A DNA stretch of 64,000 nucleotides from Cycas panzhihuaensis (lineage: Eukaryota; Plantae; Cycadophyta): NCBI GenBank assembly GCA_023213395.1, contig CM041465.1, forward strand, positions 227,237,741 to 227,301,740, in the 5' to 3' direction. Every line of letters begins with the position of its first letter. Positions within the stretch are counted from its first letter, which is position 1. A program made the translations under genes and the position numbers. This document shows, piece after piece, positions 1 to 13,200 of this stretch. The notes below the pieces were generated by a model. It worked only from the letters and a program-made list of their open reading frames with translations. It ran no database searches and was not told the DNA's origin.

Positions 1-588
1 ATTTAGATAATAATTAGTTGTTGAGATTGTCTAACTAAAAGATGATAAAATATTTTTCCAGTAAAAAATCTAATTGATTGTGTATAACAAGAGGTATAGA
101 AATACATATTTATATTACCCTATTACATCTAACTTATCTTGACCAAATAGTTCAACTTATTCCTAGAGTTAGTATATTTGAGATGATTGTTTATCAAATG
201 TTAAAGTAATTAATTGTTGCCAAAAGAAAGTTGTAGAAGTGTGCAAGTGAAGAAGCACATAAAGAAATCCTGTATGCAAGAGGTAAATAAAAGTTTTACA
301 AGTTATTCTTACACAACACACTCGATTACATTGTTCTAACTCATACATAAAATGTGAAATTATGCTACTCTTGTAATAAGCATTTTGAAAGTTGATGAAC
401 CATGTATCTGAAACAATTACTTAGAGAACTAGTGATTATAGGTGTCGATTACCCATATATTTTAGTAGATGGTGATTGTTTTATATGGACCTAATAATAA
501 ATTTGTATGTTGAAATTATTGATGATTAGTTGATAGATATTTGATAATAACTTTATAGGTGAAAATATAAAGATATTCAAGAAGATAC

Positions 589-711
<123 letters not shown>

Positions 712-1421
712 TGATGTTGATGATGATGACTTATATTTATAGGTTTGTTATTCATAGTTAGTCATTGATGTACATAAATGACTACATATAGGTTGATGCA
801 AGATTATATATAGGTTTTATAAGTTAGTAGGAGACAAGCATAATAGATGACAAATTTATAAATGATAGATGACATGACAAATATAAGTTACAAGTGATGA
901 TACAGAATACAGATTATAGGATAATATATGTTACAATATCCAACAGATATGAAGATCAAGGATAAGAAGATTAAAGAATTGAAGACTTAAGTTGAAGATA
1001 TTAAACATTAAATGGAAATGTTAGAATATAATTTATTCATATACGTAATGTTTAATATTAATGTGATAGACACATACAGAAACCCACTCAGTAGATACAT
1101 TAAGAGATGTGATAGACACGTATATCCATGTTAATATATTATTGGATGATGTAAAGGCTTAAGAGAAATTATAGGATACTCATGAGGTGAATATTGATAT
1201 AAATATGTACATACACCACTTAAGAACTTGGAAAAGAATGTATACTTATTTTGATCATAAAATAAGTTTCTAACTCCACATTCCCCTATGGTTTTTCCCA
1301 TACTAAGTTTTCTATGTATAAACTTGTTGTTTTTATTGTGGTGATGCTTATTACTGTATGTTTCTATTTCTATTATTGATATTCCTTTATATGTATACAT
1401 TCCTTATGAGATAATTTAGTC

Positions 1422-1423
<2 letters not shown>

Positions 1424-1512
<89 letters not shown>

Positions 1513-1519
1513 ATATATA
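1424..1519. repeat. (TA)n microsatellite with a short (GTAT) tail
   Basis: TA run 1424-1500 followed by gtatgtatgtatatatata. Confidence 0.97.
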
Positions 1520-3316
1520 CATTATATTATGTTGTGTAAATACTCTAAACTCTAATTTGGTATCAAAGTAAATTTACATTTCTAATACAAATTCACTAGT
1601 TAATATTGTGAAAATCATTATTAAAACTATGTTGAAATGCTACATTGAAGAATTTGTTTTGAAGGTATAAAAAGACATTAAAAAGTTGAGTTAACAACCT
1701 TAGAAACAAAGGTCAAAATGTTTATAAAGAATATTCTTATTTGTATAACTTAACGTTGTACAATAATAGACCTTTACCAAAATAAAATTATTGTGCCTTC
1801 ATTATGTGACATTGGGTAATTGTGAAAACTTTATTCTTATCAATCTCAAATAATCGTTCAATATTTTTGCTAGTGAGTGGATAACCATGATATTTTGGGA
1901 GCCTCCATTCAAGCAACAATCCACTAGAGGAGTCATAAGACATTGTAGGAGCCAACCATGGTGAGCTTAGTCATCACTATTTAAATGTCAATGAATAAGC
2001 CTGTGTATAATATCTTCCATCTCTTAAATTAGATGTAACATGAAATAACACATGAGTGTAGCTTATTGATCTACATCATATCAAGGAATGAGTAGAGATG
2101 CCTTTCGCATAGTTACAATTATTAAGGAATAGCAAACTCATTTTGTGAAACCCCATGATAGTTGATGAATTCATAGTTATCAATACCCATAGTGTTAAAT
2201 AGCCTAATTTTAGGACTAAATACTAGTGAAGACACCCAAAGTATCCCACAGCAAACATAGTCATTAACAGAGATTTTAAGCTCAATATTCCTCTCCTAGA
2301 GTAAATAGTAAACAAAGACATAATGCTTTTACTAACAAAGGAGAAATCTTATTTTTCACGTATATAATTAATGAAATTAGCATGGAATAATATACATTGA
2401 TATGTACCATATATCATTAACATTCACAATTTGAAATCTATAGGAATAATGCCTTAAATTAAGAAATTAAAATTCCATTTCCTGAAGAAGGAAAATAATT
2501 GTCCTTTTTTTAGAGAGAATAATCCTTGGAAATATTCTAATTAAACCTTGGCCAAGTGAATATTATTATCATTATCTAAAGTTTAAAGAAAATTAAATCA
2601 AAATTGATAGATTTTGAGGTCCGAAATAAAATCCCCTTCCTATCAGCCCCAGTCATGGGGTCAATAAGGTGTTAGGATCTTTATTGGCTTATTTAAAGTT
2701 CATTATGGACTTGTGAATATACTATAGTGTCTATTTTTTGGAGATCTATAATTTGACAATGGTCACATGCAACACTTCTATATGATTTTTTAAAATAAAA
2801 TCAAAAGTAAGATTTGTTACTAAACTCATTTTGGCTACATGTAAGTAGATTGAGAAAGCAAAATCACACATACTAGCTACATATATATATATTGAAGCAT
2901 TTGAGATCTTTTACACTTTATTTTTATATTGTTTTAGTTGATTTTTAGTTGTTGTTTGTCTATTTTTAACTTAAAATGACTAATGGAGGAGGTATAATGG
3001 ATTTAATCACTAAAATTCTGTTTCGTCCTAATACTGCATGAAAACATCACATGTTTAGTTTCTTTCATTAAAAGATGTAACTAAAATCATTGTTTTTAGG
3101 GCCAAAGTAAACTTAAATGGTAACTTTAATATTGAAAATCGATCTAAAATATGAATAACATTTGGCTTTTTGAGCATATTAGTTAGTGAAAGTGTCATAT
3201 TAGATATCAAGGGTGCCACTACACTAAAATAGATGTGGTACATAGTTGTGAATCTATATGAACATAAGGATGACATGAGAACCCTGAACCTATGAAATAA
3301 ATTATATAGTTTGAAG

Positions 3317-3320
<4 letters not shown>

Positions 3321-3355
<35 letters not shown>

Positions 3356-3920
3356 ATATCTAGAGGAGAACCTCTAGCCGCCCTTGGTGAAAGTTCCGAA
3401 GTAAGGGGACCCCGGTCCGTGTTTTGTACCGCCTTTGTAATCGGCTACGCTTGAGTTCATACCGCCATCGTCATGTGGCACACACTCAACGGACTTTGGT
3501 CGGATTACTATCTTTGCAGCAGCGGACGCCGGTCGGACTACTTCCCTGTGCAGTGACTTGCACTCATGGGTTTTGAACCTGGGTCTCGCCTTGGTAATCG
3601 CCACCACTTACCAATCCACCCAGCCCCATGAGGCAAAAGGTGGAGGTTCAGAGTTGCTCAGCAACCTGATCTCGGTGAAAGTGCAAATGCAATGCAGCGT
3701 GCTCGAACCCGAGCGGCCCTGCCTCATAAGCACCTAACTAAGCCTCAGCCTTACCAACTCGGCTCCTTACCCCACCTTTAAAGGTGGAGGTTCAGAGTTG
3801 CTCAGCAACCTGATCTCGGTGAAAGTGCAAATGCAATGCAGCGTGCTCGAACCCGAGCGGCCCTGCCTCATAAGCACCTAACTAAGCCTCAGCCTTACCA
3901 ACTCGGCTCCTTACCCCACC
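3321..3920 (-). mobile_element. tRNA-derived composite SINE with poly(A) tail and TSD
   Basis: 34-nt T run 3321-3354 is poly(A) on minus. Perfect TSD ttgaagatga at 3311-3320 and 3921-3930, extendable by one T. GC/CpG-rich against an AT-rich background. Three A-box/B-box pairs. Removing it restores the host gag frame KLYSLKMIDTMMEYI. Confidence 0.93.
3560..3634 (-). promoter_or_regulatory. tRNA-like Pol III internal promoter module (third SINE head)
   Basis: Minus strand GCCTCATGGG..TGGGTGGATTGG (A-like)..GGTTCAAAACC (B box)..CCCATGAGTGC; 75 nt with self-complementary ends. Confidence 0.75.
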
Positions 3921-3922
3921 TT
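3636..3922. repeat. Perfect tandem duplication, period 144 bp, forming the SINE 5' end
   Basis: 3636-3778 is identical to 3780-3922 by eye; the junction ccacctttaaaggtgg (3772-3787) is a 16-bp palindrome. Confidence 0.97.
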
Positions 3923-6833
3923 GAAGATGATAGACACCATGATGGAGTACATATGAAATATGAGATCTATATAAGATCAAATGACAATAACAAGTAAGAT
4001 TGTACATAATGCATAGATCATAACCTGCATTCTAAGAAGTCTACCACTCTAGTACAAGAATTTTCTACGATATTGACATTATCTAACAAATTATACACCT
4101 TAATAATTAATTCTTTAAAATTTCTATTTATAGAACATGAGTATAAACTAAAGAAGATACATGGAGAATCATTTGAATCACTAGCATCCAAATCAAAAGG
4201 GAAAAAACCCATTTATTCTAAAGAAAAATATGCTTTATAAACTAGTAATTTAAAATGGCAAACTAGGAGATTCAAAGGGACAATACAGGCTAAAATGTTA
4301 TCATTATAGGAAGTTGGGACATATCAAAAAGGATTGTTAGGAATAGCAATGACAATAATGTTAATAGTAATCTCAAAAGTAATCCCAATAATAGAAATAA
4401 TAGCAATAATAACCATAATGATCTAGACAACATGGTCATATTATAAATACAATCAATAATATACCAACTAAGATTTTAAAGCATTTATTTATTGTTACAT
4501 ATAAAATAAGATCTAATATAGATGATGTTTAGTTTATCAATTTAAGTACATTGAGACACATGACTGGAAGATTAGATTGGTTTTATCATATGCGAGAGGT
4601 GAGTCTTAAGGTCATCATTAGGAACGATGCCGATCTAAAGGCCACAAGAGTTGAAAACATACCATTCATCATGCTAAATAGTGAATGATAGTATTTGGAT
4701 AACATTTTGTACATGCCTAATCTAAAGATAAATATTATTTTATAGGTGAAACTAAACAACAAGATGTGACTATAATATTTGCTCGAAGATAATGCATAAT
4801 CTAAGATAAACAAAACAAGATTGCAGCCAAGAGACTTAGAGATAACAATTTATATAAATTATAAGGACACTCTAAAGTATAAAGTATATTCCTTGTTGTA
4901 TCTGCAAAATAGAAATTATTGCATGAAAGAATATATCATTGAATTACTTTAGTCTCCCATTGATATATGAGTTAAAAATGGTACATGATTTTCCATTGGT
5001 AAATGTTAAAAGTTGTTTGTGTAAATCCCATATTTTTTGAAAGTAGCATACAGAACCATTTTTTAAAAAGAAAGCATAGAAACTTAAAAAAAAAAGTTAT
5101 AATCAATTCACTCAAATATTTATGGACTAATGTCTATCATCTTGCTTGGTAGAGCAAGATATTTCATCAGTTTCATTGACAACTTTTCATAAACATTTTG
5201 GTTTTCTCCACTGAGGAAAAAATCTCAAACCTTTATCTATTTCAAATAGATAGGGAGTTGGCAAAGAAGGAAAGTGGACACAAACTCAAGATCTTGTAAA
5301 ATAACAATGGTGGAGAATATACCTTGAATGAGTTCTCTCAATTCTGCAAGGATCATGGAATCAAGAGGTAGTTTGTTACTATCTATATATTTTAATAAAA
5401 TAGAGTTGTTAAGTGAATGAATAAAACTTTGGTTGAAAATGATAGGTCTATTATGAAAGGTATGGATGTAACAGTTTTTTTATAGGCAGACGTTATGTAT
5501 TTAACAAACATAAACACTACAAGGGATATTAGGAATATAACACCTAGGGAAGCTTAGTCAAATAAGAAATTGACTAATTACCATATGAGAATTTCTAGGT
5601 GTACAACATACATGCATACTCCCAAGGAAAAATAATGCAAATTAGATGATAAAGGTACAAAATGTATCCTCATTAGATACTGTCATGAATATAAAGTATA
5701 TAGGGTATGCAAGCTATAAACCTAAAAAGCCCATACAACTTGTAATATAATCTTCCATGAAGATGCGAGTCTAAATGTTGGTTTAGTTGATGTTAAGGAG
5801 CAAGTTGAGGAACTACTTAAATACAATTCTTCAAATGATCTTATTCAACCTAAATATGAGTCATTTGATATTGGTTAAACAATAGATTTAGAATCTTTTT
5901 AGTTTCCAAAATCTAAATTTAAGTAGAAGCCAAAAACAATATTGAAGTTAAAGCCAGAGAAATCTATTATATATTCATCTTAATCTTTGAAGGAAAAACT
6001 TCCAAAATAGTATTTAAAAACTATGGAGGATGTTAACATGTTATTACTTGAATCTGAGGGAAAGTGGAAGTCAAAACTGTGACCTTCTAATCAAGTGAAC
6101 ATATCTCATATAACATGTGTGTTAAATTTTAATGAACCATCAACCATTGAAGAAGTCATAAAAAAGCACAAGTAGAATGATGCTATGAATACTTAAAGTT
6201 AAGTTATTAGGAATAACCACATATGGAATTTAGTCGAATTGTCTGCTAAAAAGCATGCAATCAGTTACAAATGGATCTACAACACTAAATTCAAATATGA
6301 TAGATCTATAGACATATATAAAGATCAGCTTGTAGCAAAAGGATTTAAGCATTAAAAAGGTATCAACTACTAAGAAACATTCACTACTATTGCAAAACTA
6401 TTATACTTCATTGTGGCGATAGCTATATAATTCAATTGACAACTTCACTAGATGGATGTGAAAAGTGCATTCTTGAATGGGGATTTAACCGAAGAAGTCT
6501 TCATAAAGAAACCACATGTCTTTATTGGAAAATGTTAATAAAACTTATAATGCTACCTCATAAAGGCTTTGTATGACTTGAAACATGTTCCTAAACCTTG
6601 GTATGAAAAGATTGATTAGTACTATCTAAAGAATTAGTTTGATAGATCTCTAGTTAACTCTAACCTATACATCAAAGTCATAAATGATAAAGTTATATTT
6701 GTGGCATTATATATTGATGATCTACTAATCATATGAAATGATATTAATATGATATTAAGTTTGAAGACTAATCTTAGTCATTTCTTTGAGATAACAGACC
6801 TTGAAATTCTACACTACATTCTTGGAGTGAAAG

Positions 6834-9800
6834 TGTTGGAAAATAGAACCTGCAATAAGATAATATTCACAAACAGTAACAAACACCTCCATGATTAAAC
6901 GGTACCCTTAAGGTACCTCAAATTATATTAACAAAACATCCTTACAACAAATATTACATATGATATACTATGTGTGGATTTATAATATATGATATAATAG
7001 TGAGAGTATGACCCACTTGCATGTGGGACAAAATAAATGTGCATTAATATTTTAACACTCTCCCTTAATACATATTTAGGTCATTTGTATTTGCAATGGC
7101 TTATCCTTGAAAATATCTTGAAGATGATGTCTTCAACTTGATCCTTGTCTTCAATCTTGTAATGATGTCTTTGTTGTAGAATGGTACCTTTAATTTGATC
7201 TCTATCTTCAATTATGTACTGACGTCTTTATAGGATCATGTCCTTAGCTTGATTTTCATCTTCCATCATGTAGTCATGATGTTGCAGTAACTCTAGCAAG
7301 TGCAAATCCAGATTCTTTATTATGCTTGGTTTAGTCTGATTTTGATGTAGATCCTGTAAGTAACCATCTCCAAATACAACTTGTTTGTCATCATTATCAT
7401 GTATAAGTTCTTGATCACCATGTACAATAGTGATTTCTTCAACCTTTGGAGCAAACTCTTGATCAACTTGCATACTTTTTGAACTTGAATTAATACTCAA
7501 AGAAGGAATATTATTTAGACTTGAATCAATCCAAGATTCATCTTTTATGGGATCATCAGATTCATATTCAATTTTTCTTGAAATAATAGTGTCATCTAAA
7601 TAAACCTTTATCGATTCATCACTTTCAATGTCTTCATCAGTAGTTGTATCTCATCAATGCATTCAACCATTGTTTCTTTACATTCAGTAGAAATTTCATC
7701 AGTACTTATACATTCTTCATCTTAACATTTCATTTCATTAGTCTTGATGATATTTTCTTCATTGATTGTACCTATACCATAGCCATAACTAACCCTAATT
7801 GTCTTTTCAATCATTTATTGTGTCTCTTCAGGAGTTTGTTCAAATACTTCCTTTAAAAAATCTCACGCTTCTTTAGTAGTACTTGCATGTAGAATCTTAG
7901 GAATGACAAAATAGTATTCGGAAGGAAGATCAGCCTCGTTGAATACAGCACGAATCATAATGAATTCCTTTCTGTCTTTCTTTTCAAGCATTTCATTTTC
8001 TTCTTCATCTTTAGGGATATCATATCTGTCAGTAACAATCTTCCACAAACCTCTAGTTATGAAAAGGTATCTCATTTTAATCGTCCAAAAAAAGTAGTCT
8101 TCACCTTTACACTTAGGTATTGGAAGAAACGAATCCCTTAAGTAGTATTCATTTGTTTCAGGAATATAAATGACCACATCATTATCCTCCATAATTGTAA
8201 ATGTCATTTTCTAACACCACATCTATTTTTCAATCAACAAACTCACTTATCATTGGTAACTTTCCTATTGATCTCTCTCAACAACATTTCTCATATCTCA
8301 TATCTCTCACATCATTGACTTTATTATTACATCATTGCCTTATGCATTTATCATATTGCCAAACAGTCACATAGAATCCAAACACTCACTTCACCAAATC
8401 AATGCCTCATAAATTTCACAATGATTATACATGCCATATGTTGCTACCAAGACACACACTTCACTCAATTGCCCAAACATAACTCATGCCATTACACCAT
8501 TTAACAATTTTGCTTCCCTACAACTCAGATATCTTCAACAAAAAATCATCATTCTTTTATCATTTAGTTAATTAAAACACATCATCAAACATGCCTAATC
8601 TCATCCTTAAACACGCCCAACAAACACCCAATCTTGTCATGTAACCTCACATGCAACAAGCATCTCATCTCCTCATATCACTCTCTTTCTTGTCCTCAAA
8701 TTAGCCTTATCATACCTATAAAGTCCCTTCATGTAAATCACATTCCAAGGAACACTAAATCGCCATATGCCACCCAACTCACTCGTACAAACACATGCAT
8801 TATCGCTTCATCACCACACTATATCATTGTCACAATAGCTCTCTCATACGAACATATGTAAGAAAGCACTCAAATTGCCATTAAATAATCACCATCATAC
8901 ATCTCAAATCACCAATAAAGTGCCAAATACATTCACATCAACATGACTTGATGTCATCTCACATTGCAACAGTACTCTCCCATGCACAACATATGCAAGA
9001 GAGCCTCAAACAGGCACCTCATATTGCAACATTACCCAAATTATTCTTCCATGTAGATTACATGCTAGAGAACATATAATTGCATGTAAGAGAACAATGT
9101 AAAGCCTCAAACTTCATCTTATGTTACTCATCTTGCCACCAATTCAAAATGCATACAAGAGGTCATGCCTCTACCTTATGTCACCAAATAATTACCTTGC
9201 TCAACATATCTTCTTATGCAAATGTAAGCTAGTAGGCATATCATCGTTGCATCACCAACAATGGGTCACAAACATACAGTCATCTTATATCTCATGTAGG
9301 AAATTACCATGTCAATGTCAAAATTCACTACTTCGTCATCAATTAAGAGTGCAAAACACTTACATCACCTCATTACCATTGCCTCATTCACATCACCATA
9401 TCAATATGAAACCCTTAAATTCACAAAAAACTTCTTTCTGAAAAAAATTATAGCTCAAAAATACATAAAATATGGATTAAAATGAAGGCCTATAAAATAC
9501 AATTCTAATGGTTTAGATAAAATTGAATTCTGATATGTAGATCAAAAGTTATGGACCTTTTAAGAATTTTATAATTGGGGTTTTTAGGGGCTATAATAGT
9601 ACCTTCTGATAAACTACTAATAACGTTTTATTCTAAACTCTAATAAATCTCAAACTACTTCCATTAGAAAGTAAATTAAAAAATGTACAGAATCAAAAAA
9701 TGTTTGAGGTCATTTAGATACTTGTAGCTAAAGTTATGGCTCTTTGAAGTTGAGGTTGCAGATATATCCCAAAAAATATAGCGACTGAAAGAAACATGTC

Positions 9801-10246
9801 AAAATTAAATCTGCTGCAATTTTCGTACTTTCGCCCAAAAATCTATAGTGCGACCACTTAAAATTTATGAAACGAGCCATTTCGACTCAATTTTACCATT
9901 ACTTTTCAGAAATTTCAACGTTTATTCTCTTGAATATACTTTCAACTCTTTATGGCACCTCCCAAATCACCACTCCGATACTGAATAAAAACACCTCTTT
10001 CAACTTGGGCGCTCTGATACCATGTTGGAAAATAGAACCTGCAATAAGATAATATTCACAAATAGAAACAAACACCTCTAGGATCGAACGGTACCCTTAA
10101 GGTACCTCAAATTATATTAATAAAACATCCTTACAACAAATATTATATATGATACACTATGTGTGTATTTATAATATATGACATGATAGTGAGAGTAAGA
10201 CCCACTTGCATGTAGGACAAAACAAATGTGCATTAATATTCTAACA
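6834..10246 (-). mobile_element. Non-autonomous gag-only Copia-type LTR element (TR-GAG-like), 3413 bp, nested in the RT of Copia A
   Basis: 224-bp TG..CA LTRs at 6834-7057 and 10023-10246 (about 16 substitutions by hand). Perfect tRNA-Met PBS (gctctgatacca 10011-10022). PPT ctctccctt from 7058. TSD gaaag/ggaag. Excision restores the host RT HYILGVEV. Confidence 0.93.
7863..8207 (-). pseudogene. Copia gag N-terminal fragment of the nested element
   Basis: GEDYFFWTIKMR..GLWKIV..KKDRK..PKILHASTTKEA*; the stop sits where the W of the typical Copia gag KEAW motif is expected. Confidence 0.8.
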
Positions 10247-13200
10247 GGAAGTACGATAAAGGCTTGGATATATCTTCATTTGAAAAATTCTGAAGAAATT
10301 TAAAATGATTGATAGCAAACTTGTACTTACCCCTACAAAGATAAGTTCTAAATTGACAATAGAAGGTGGTGGAGTAGATGTTGATTTAACAATATATATA
10401 TAACTGATGGAAAGTTTAATATACTCGATTATTATCAAACTTAATATTTCATTTGCAATTAGAATGATGTCTAAGGTTATGGCAGCACCAAAATAGAGCT
10501 ATTGAAAAGCAACAACGAGGATTTTCAAATACTTGAATGGAACTATTCAATATAGGCTTGAATTCAAACATAATGATAATTTCAAGTTAATAAGATTCAT
10601 AGATTCTAATTGGAACAGATGTACAAAAAATAAAGGGTCAACTTCTAGATATTGATTTAGTTTGAGTTCAATTACTATCACTTAGAGTAATAAAAAGCAA
10701 TCAATTGTTGTTTTGTCCTTAGTTAAAGTAAAATACAAGGTTGTAGTTGTAACAACTACTAAAATCATTTGTCTACGACAAATTCTAGAGGATATGGGAC
10801 TATAACAATAGAACTAACCATAGTCTATTATGATAATCAAAGTATATTGAAGATTGTGAAAAATCTTATGTTCCATGTTCACACCAAATATATTAAAGTA
10901 TACCATAACTTTATTCATGAATTGATTCAAAATAACATAGTTGAAATGGTGTACAGACCGATAAAGAAACCACTAGCTAACATATTCACCAAACCATTAG
11001 CACATGATAGATTTTAGACATTTAGGAATGGTTTAGGTATTAGAGTAAATGAAATAAACATTAAGAGGAAGTGTTGACATTTAATGTTTATCATGGTTTA
11101 TAACTTTATATTATGAATTAATTATTGTAATGTGAGTTAGTCACTGGGGATTATACTACCACCTCATATGTGTCAATCGTTTTGAGATCAATATTCTTTT
11201 CTTAGGTCTGTATACATACACTAATTGTGCATTATTAGGGGTGAGAGAGAAGTTTAGGAGAATGAGATGAATATTTCACTATAGTGAAATTAATTTTCGT
11301 AATTCTAAATAGGTCTATCCTTCTCATTTAAATTCTCTCCATGTATGTTTTAAATTTTTACAAATAGGTGAATGCTCTCGTTCTTTATCTCCCATTTTCT
11401 CCCACTCAAACCCTATATCTTTTCTCGACTCTTGTCCACTCTCTTCCTCTTTTCCTTGAAACTTCAACACCTTTTTTAAATACTACCCTTACTACTCTTG
11501 TACTTCTTCTCGACATTCTGTAAAACTTCCTTTCAATCTCAAATTCAAATAAACAAATGGTGAAGAAATACATATAGAGTCGCCTTTATCGATGCTTTAG
11601 AACTTATGACAAACTCACCTCTAAATAATTCACCCCATACACTACCTCTATCAACATTTCTATATGTGTTCCTTATTATAGTTCTTCATAGCCTTCGTTT
11701 CATAATCCTTGCTCTAATACCAAAGATGGTGTAATGTTATTTTGATAAAATAAAAAAACAAAGTCTAATGGACAAGTAATAGAACAAGACAATCCACACA
11801 TAAAATTGTTAACCAAGATCTTTTCAAACATATTATCATATTATTACAGAGAACATAATATTATAGAAATAATTTTTATGCCAATAGGTGCTCTCAGTGC
11901 ACTTCGATCGCAACTCACACTCTAGGTTTATTTATTTACTCCTGCAAATTAAAAAATAAGAGAAAAAAATAGTTGACATGTGGTAATTTTTTTAACATTC
12001 ATCTTTTTGTAGAGGATAACACATTAGTAGTATGGGTGTGAACAATGTGGCTCACATTCATCTTCTTGTACAGTGTGGCATATTACTATTACAGATGTGA
12101 ACGCATTATGTATCAATGTCATTGGTAAGAGATATTTTGTGGTTTTCTTTAGTTTGCAACATAAAGGGTGCCTATCAATGCTCACAAACTATTAGTAGTC
12201 TGCACTAGTATCAAAGGAATTAACATTACAATTGTAGTGAGCCTCGTTCATTTACTTTCTAAATCTTTCATCTATTCTCCTCCCCTACCTTCACTCTACC
12301 TCCTCTTCTTCCTCCTCTCTCTAATTTCTCTACTAAAATTTCTTATCCTATTTAAATTTGATCCCAAAAATTCTTTTGCACAGGTGGCTCATAATCTAAA
12401 ACTTGCCAACTTGCAAACCCAACAATTCCTCCATGTAGATATAATTTTCTCATCATAAAATGCTATTGATAGATCCATGTATATTTGGTCAATGATCTTT
12501 GTGTGCTTTTATTTTGGGTAAATAAACATGTGCATCATGTTCAATTATCCATATACTACCTCCATGTTCCATATGCTCTATCACCAACTAAAATTTTTTA
12601 GTGTGATTTATTCTCATGTTATGTGTCACATTGTGATTTATTGTGCACTTTATCCACTCGTAGATCTTCATTTCATTCATTTACGACTCCTCTATTGCTT
12701 CATTATCCATGTTATGAATGATCTAGATTTGTCTTTACATCAACATTTGATAGTTATCACTTCATTGTATAAGTTTCCATTGTAGATCTCTCTATTCATA
12801 AGCTCTTTGAGATCTCAATGTATGTTCTTCAATCTAACAACTAGATTTCTATCACAACTTCCTTACCCAACACTTTATTCTTCCCAACCTGATACTATGC
12901 ATTACCCTTTCATTTACTTCGTAGTCCTCTTACTCGCAAATCACTCCCTCCATCACTCTGTCTCATTCACTCCTCAGTACAAGTGCTTCCAGTGTGAAGT
13001 ACGCATATCTTTGCCATGTGTCCTTTAATTGGGCACTTATTGCCTAACTCATAACTCCCAATTCCTCCTCCCCCAAAGTCTCCCTTTCAGTTGTTTCCTT
13101 ATTTTGTGGGGCGCCTTCCTTGTAATGTCACTATGATCATGCCATGTGTCCTCTAATCTAATGCCCTTCACTTATCTCACAACTTGCCATTCTCGTAATC

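Larger units (their letters stand above)
2975..11362 (+). mobile_element. Degenerate Ty1/Copia LTR retrotransposon (Copia A), interrupted by a SINE and a gag-only LTR element; 5' LTR not found
   Basis: Stop-riddled motifs in Copia order. Gag KLYSLKM..ILRSLP (about 3299-4045, across the SINE). Integrase IHSNIYGLM / YFISFIDNFS / NNGGEY (5105-5320). RT MDVKSAFLNGDL (about 6452) and LYIDDL (about 6707). RNase H ANIFTKPL (about 10976). PPT aagaggaag 11063-11071, then TGTTGAC at 11072 as the 3' LTR start, with a probable CA end near 11362. Outer boundaries are approximate. Confidence 0.88.

Noticed and set aside
1558-1569. PBS-like tggtatcaaagt, possibly ending an LTR in 500-1555
   Set aside because: 10/12 match only; no partner LTR was found, and the upstream sequence does not match the Copia A 3' LTR.
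1890-1960. GAS..GVIRH motif resembling a plant LINE RNase H-like domain
   Set aside because: It needs a frameshift and is too short to support.
3374-3607. 77-aa ORF in the GC-rich insert
   Set aside because: It lies within the SINE body and has no recognisable domain; likely a chance ORF.
3660-3735. Hammerhead-ribozyme-like words (CUGAUC..GAAA on plus, CUUAUGAG on minus)
   Set aside because: Neither strand has the full CUGANGA plus GAAA core with the three stems.
3636-3779. MITE interpretation of the 144-bp unit (aaaggtgg..ccaccttt ends)
   Set aside because: The unit has no TSD of its own; it sits inside the SINE TSD and carries A/B boxes, so the inverted ends are better read as an RNA closing stem.
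3560-3920. Functional tRNA genes
   Set aside because: No clean anticodon arm or 7-bp acceptor stem; the modules are embedded in a poly(A)/TSD retroposon.
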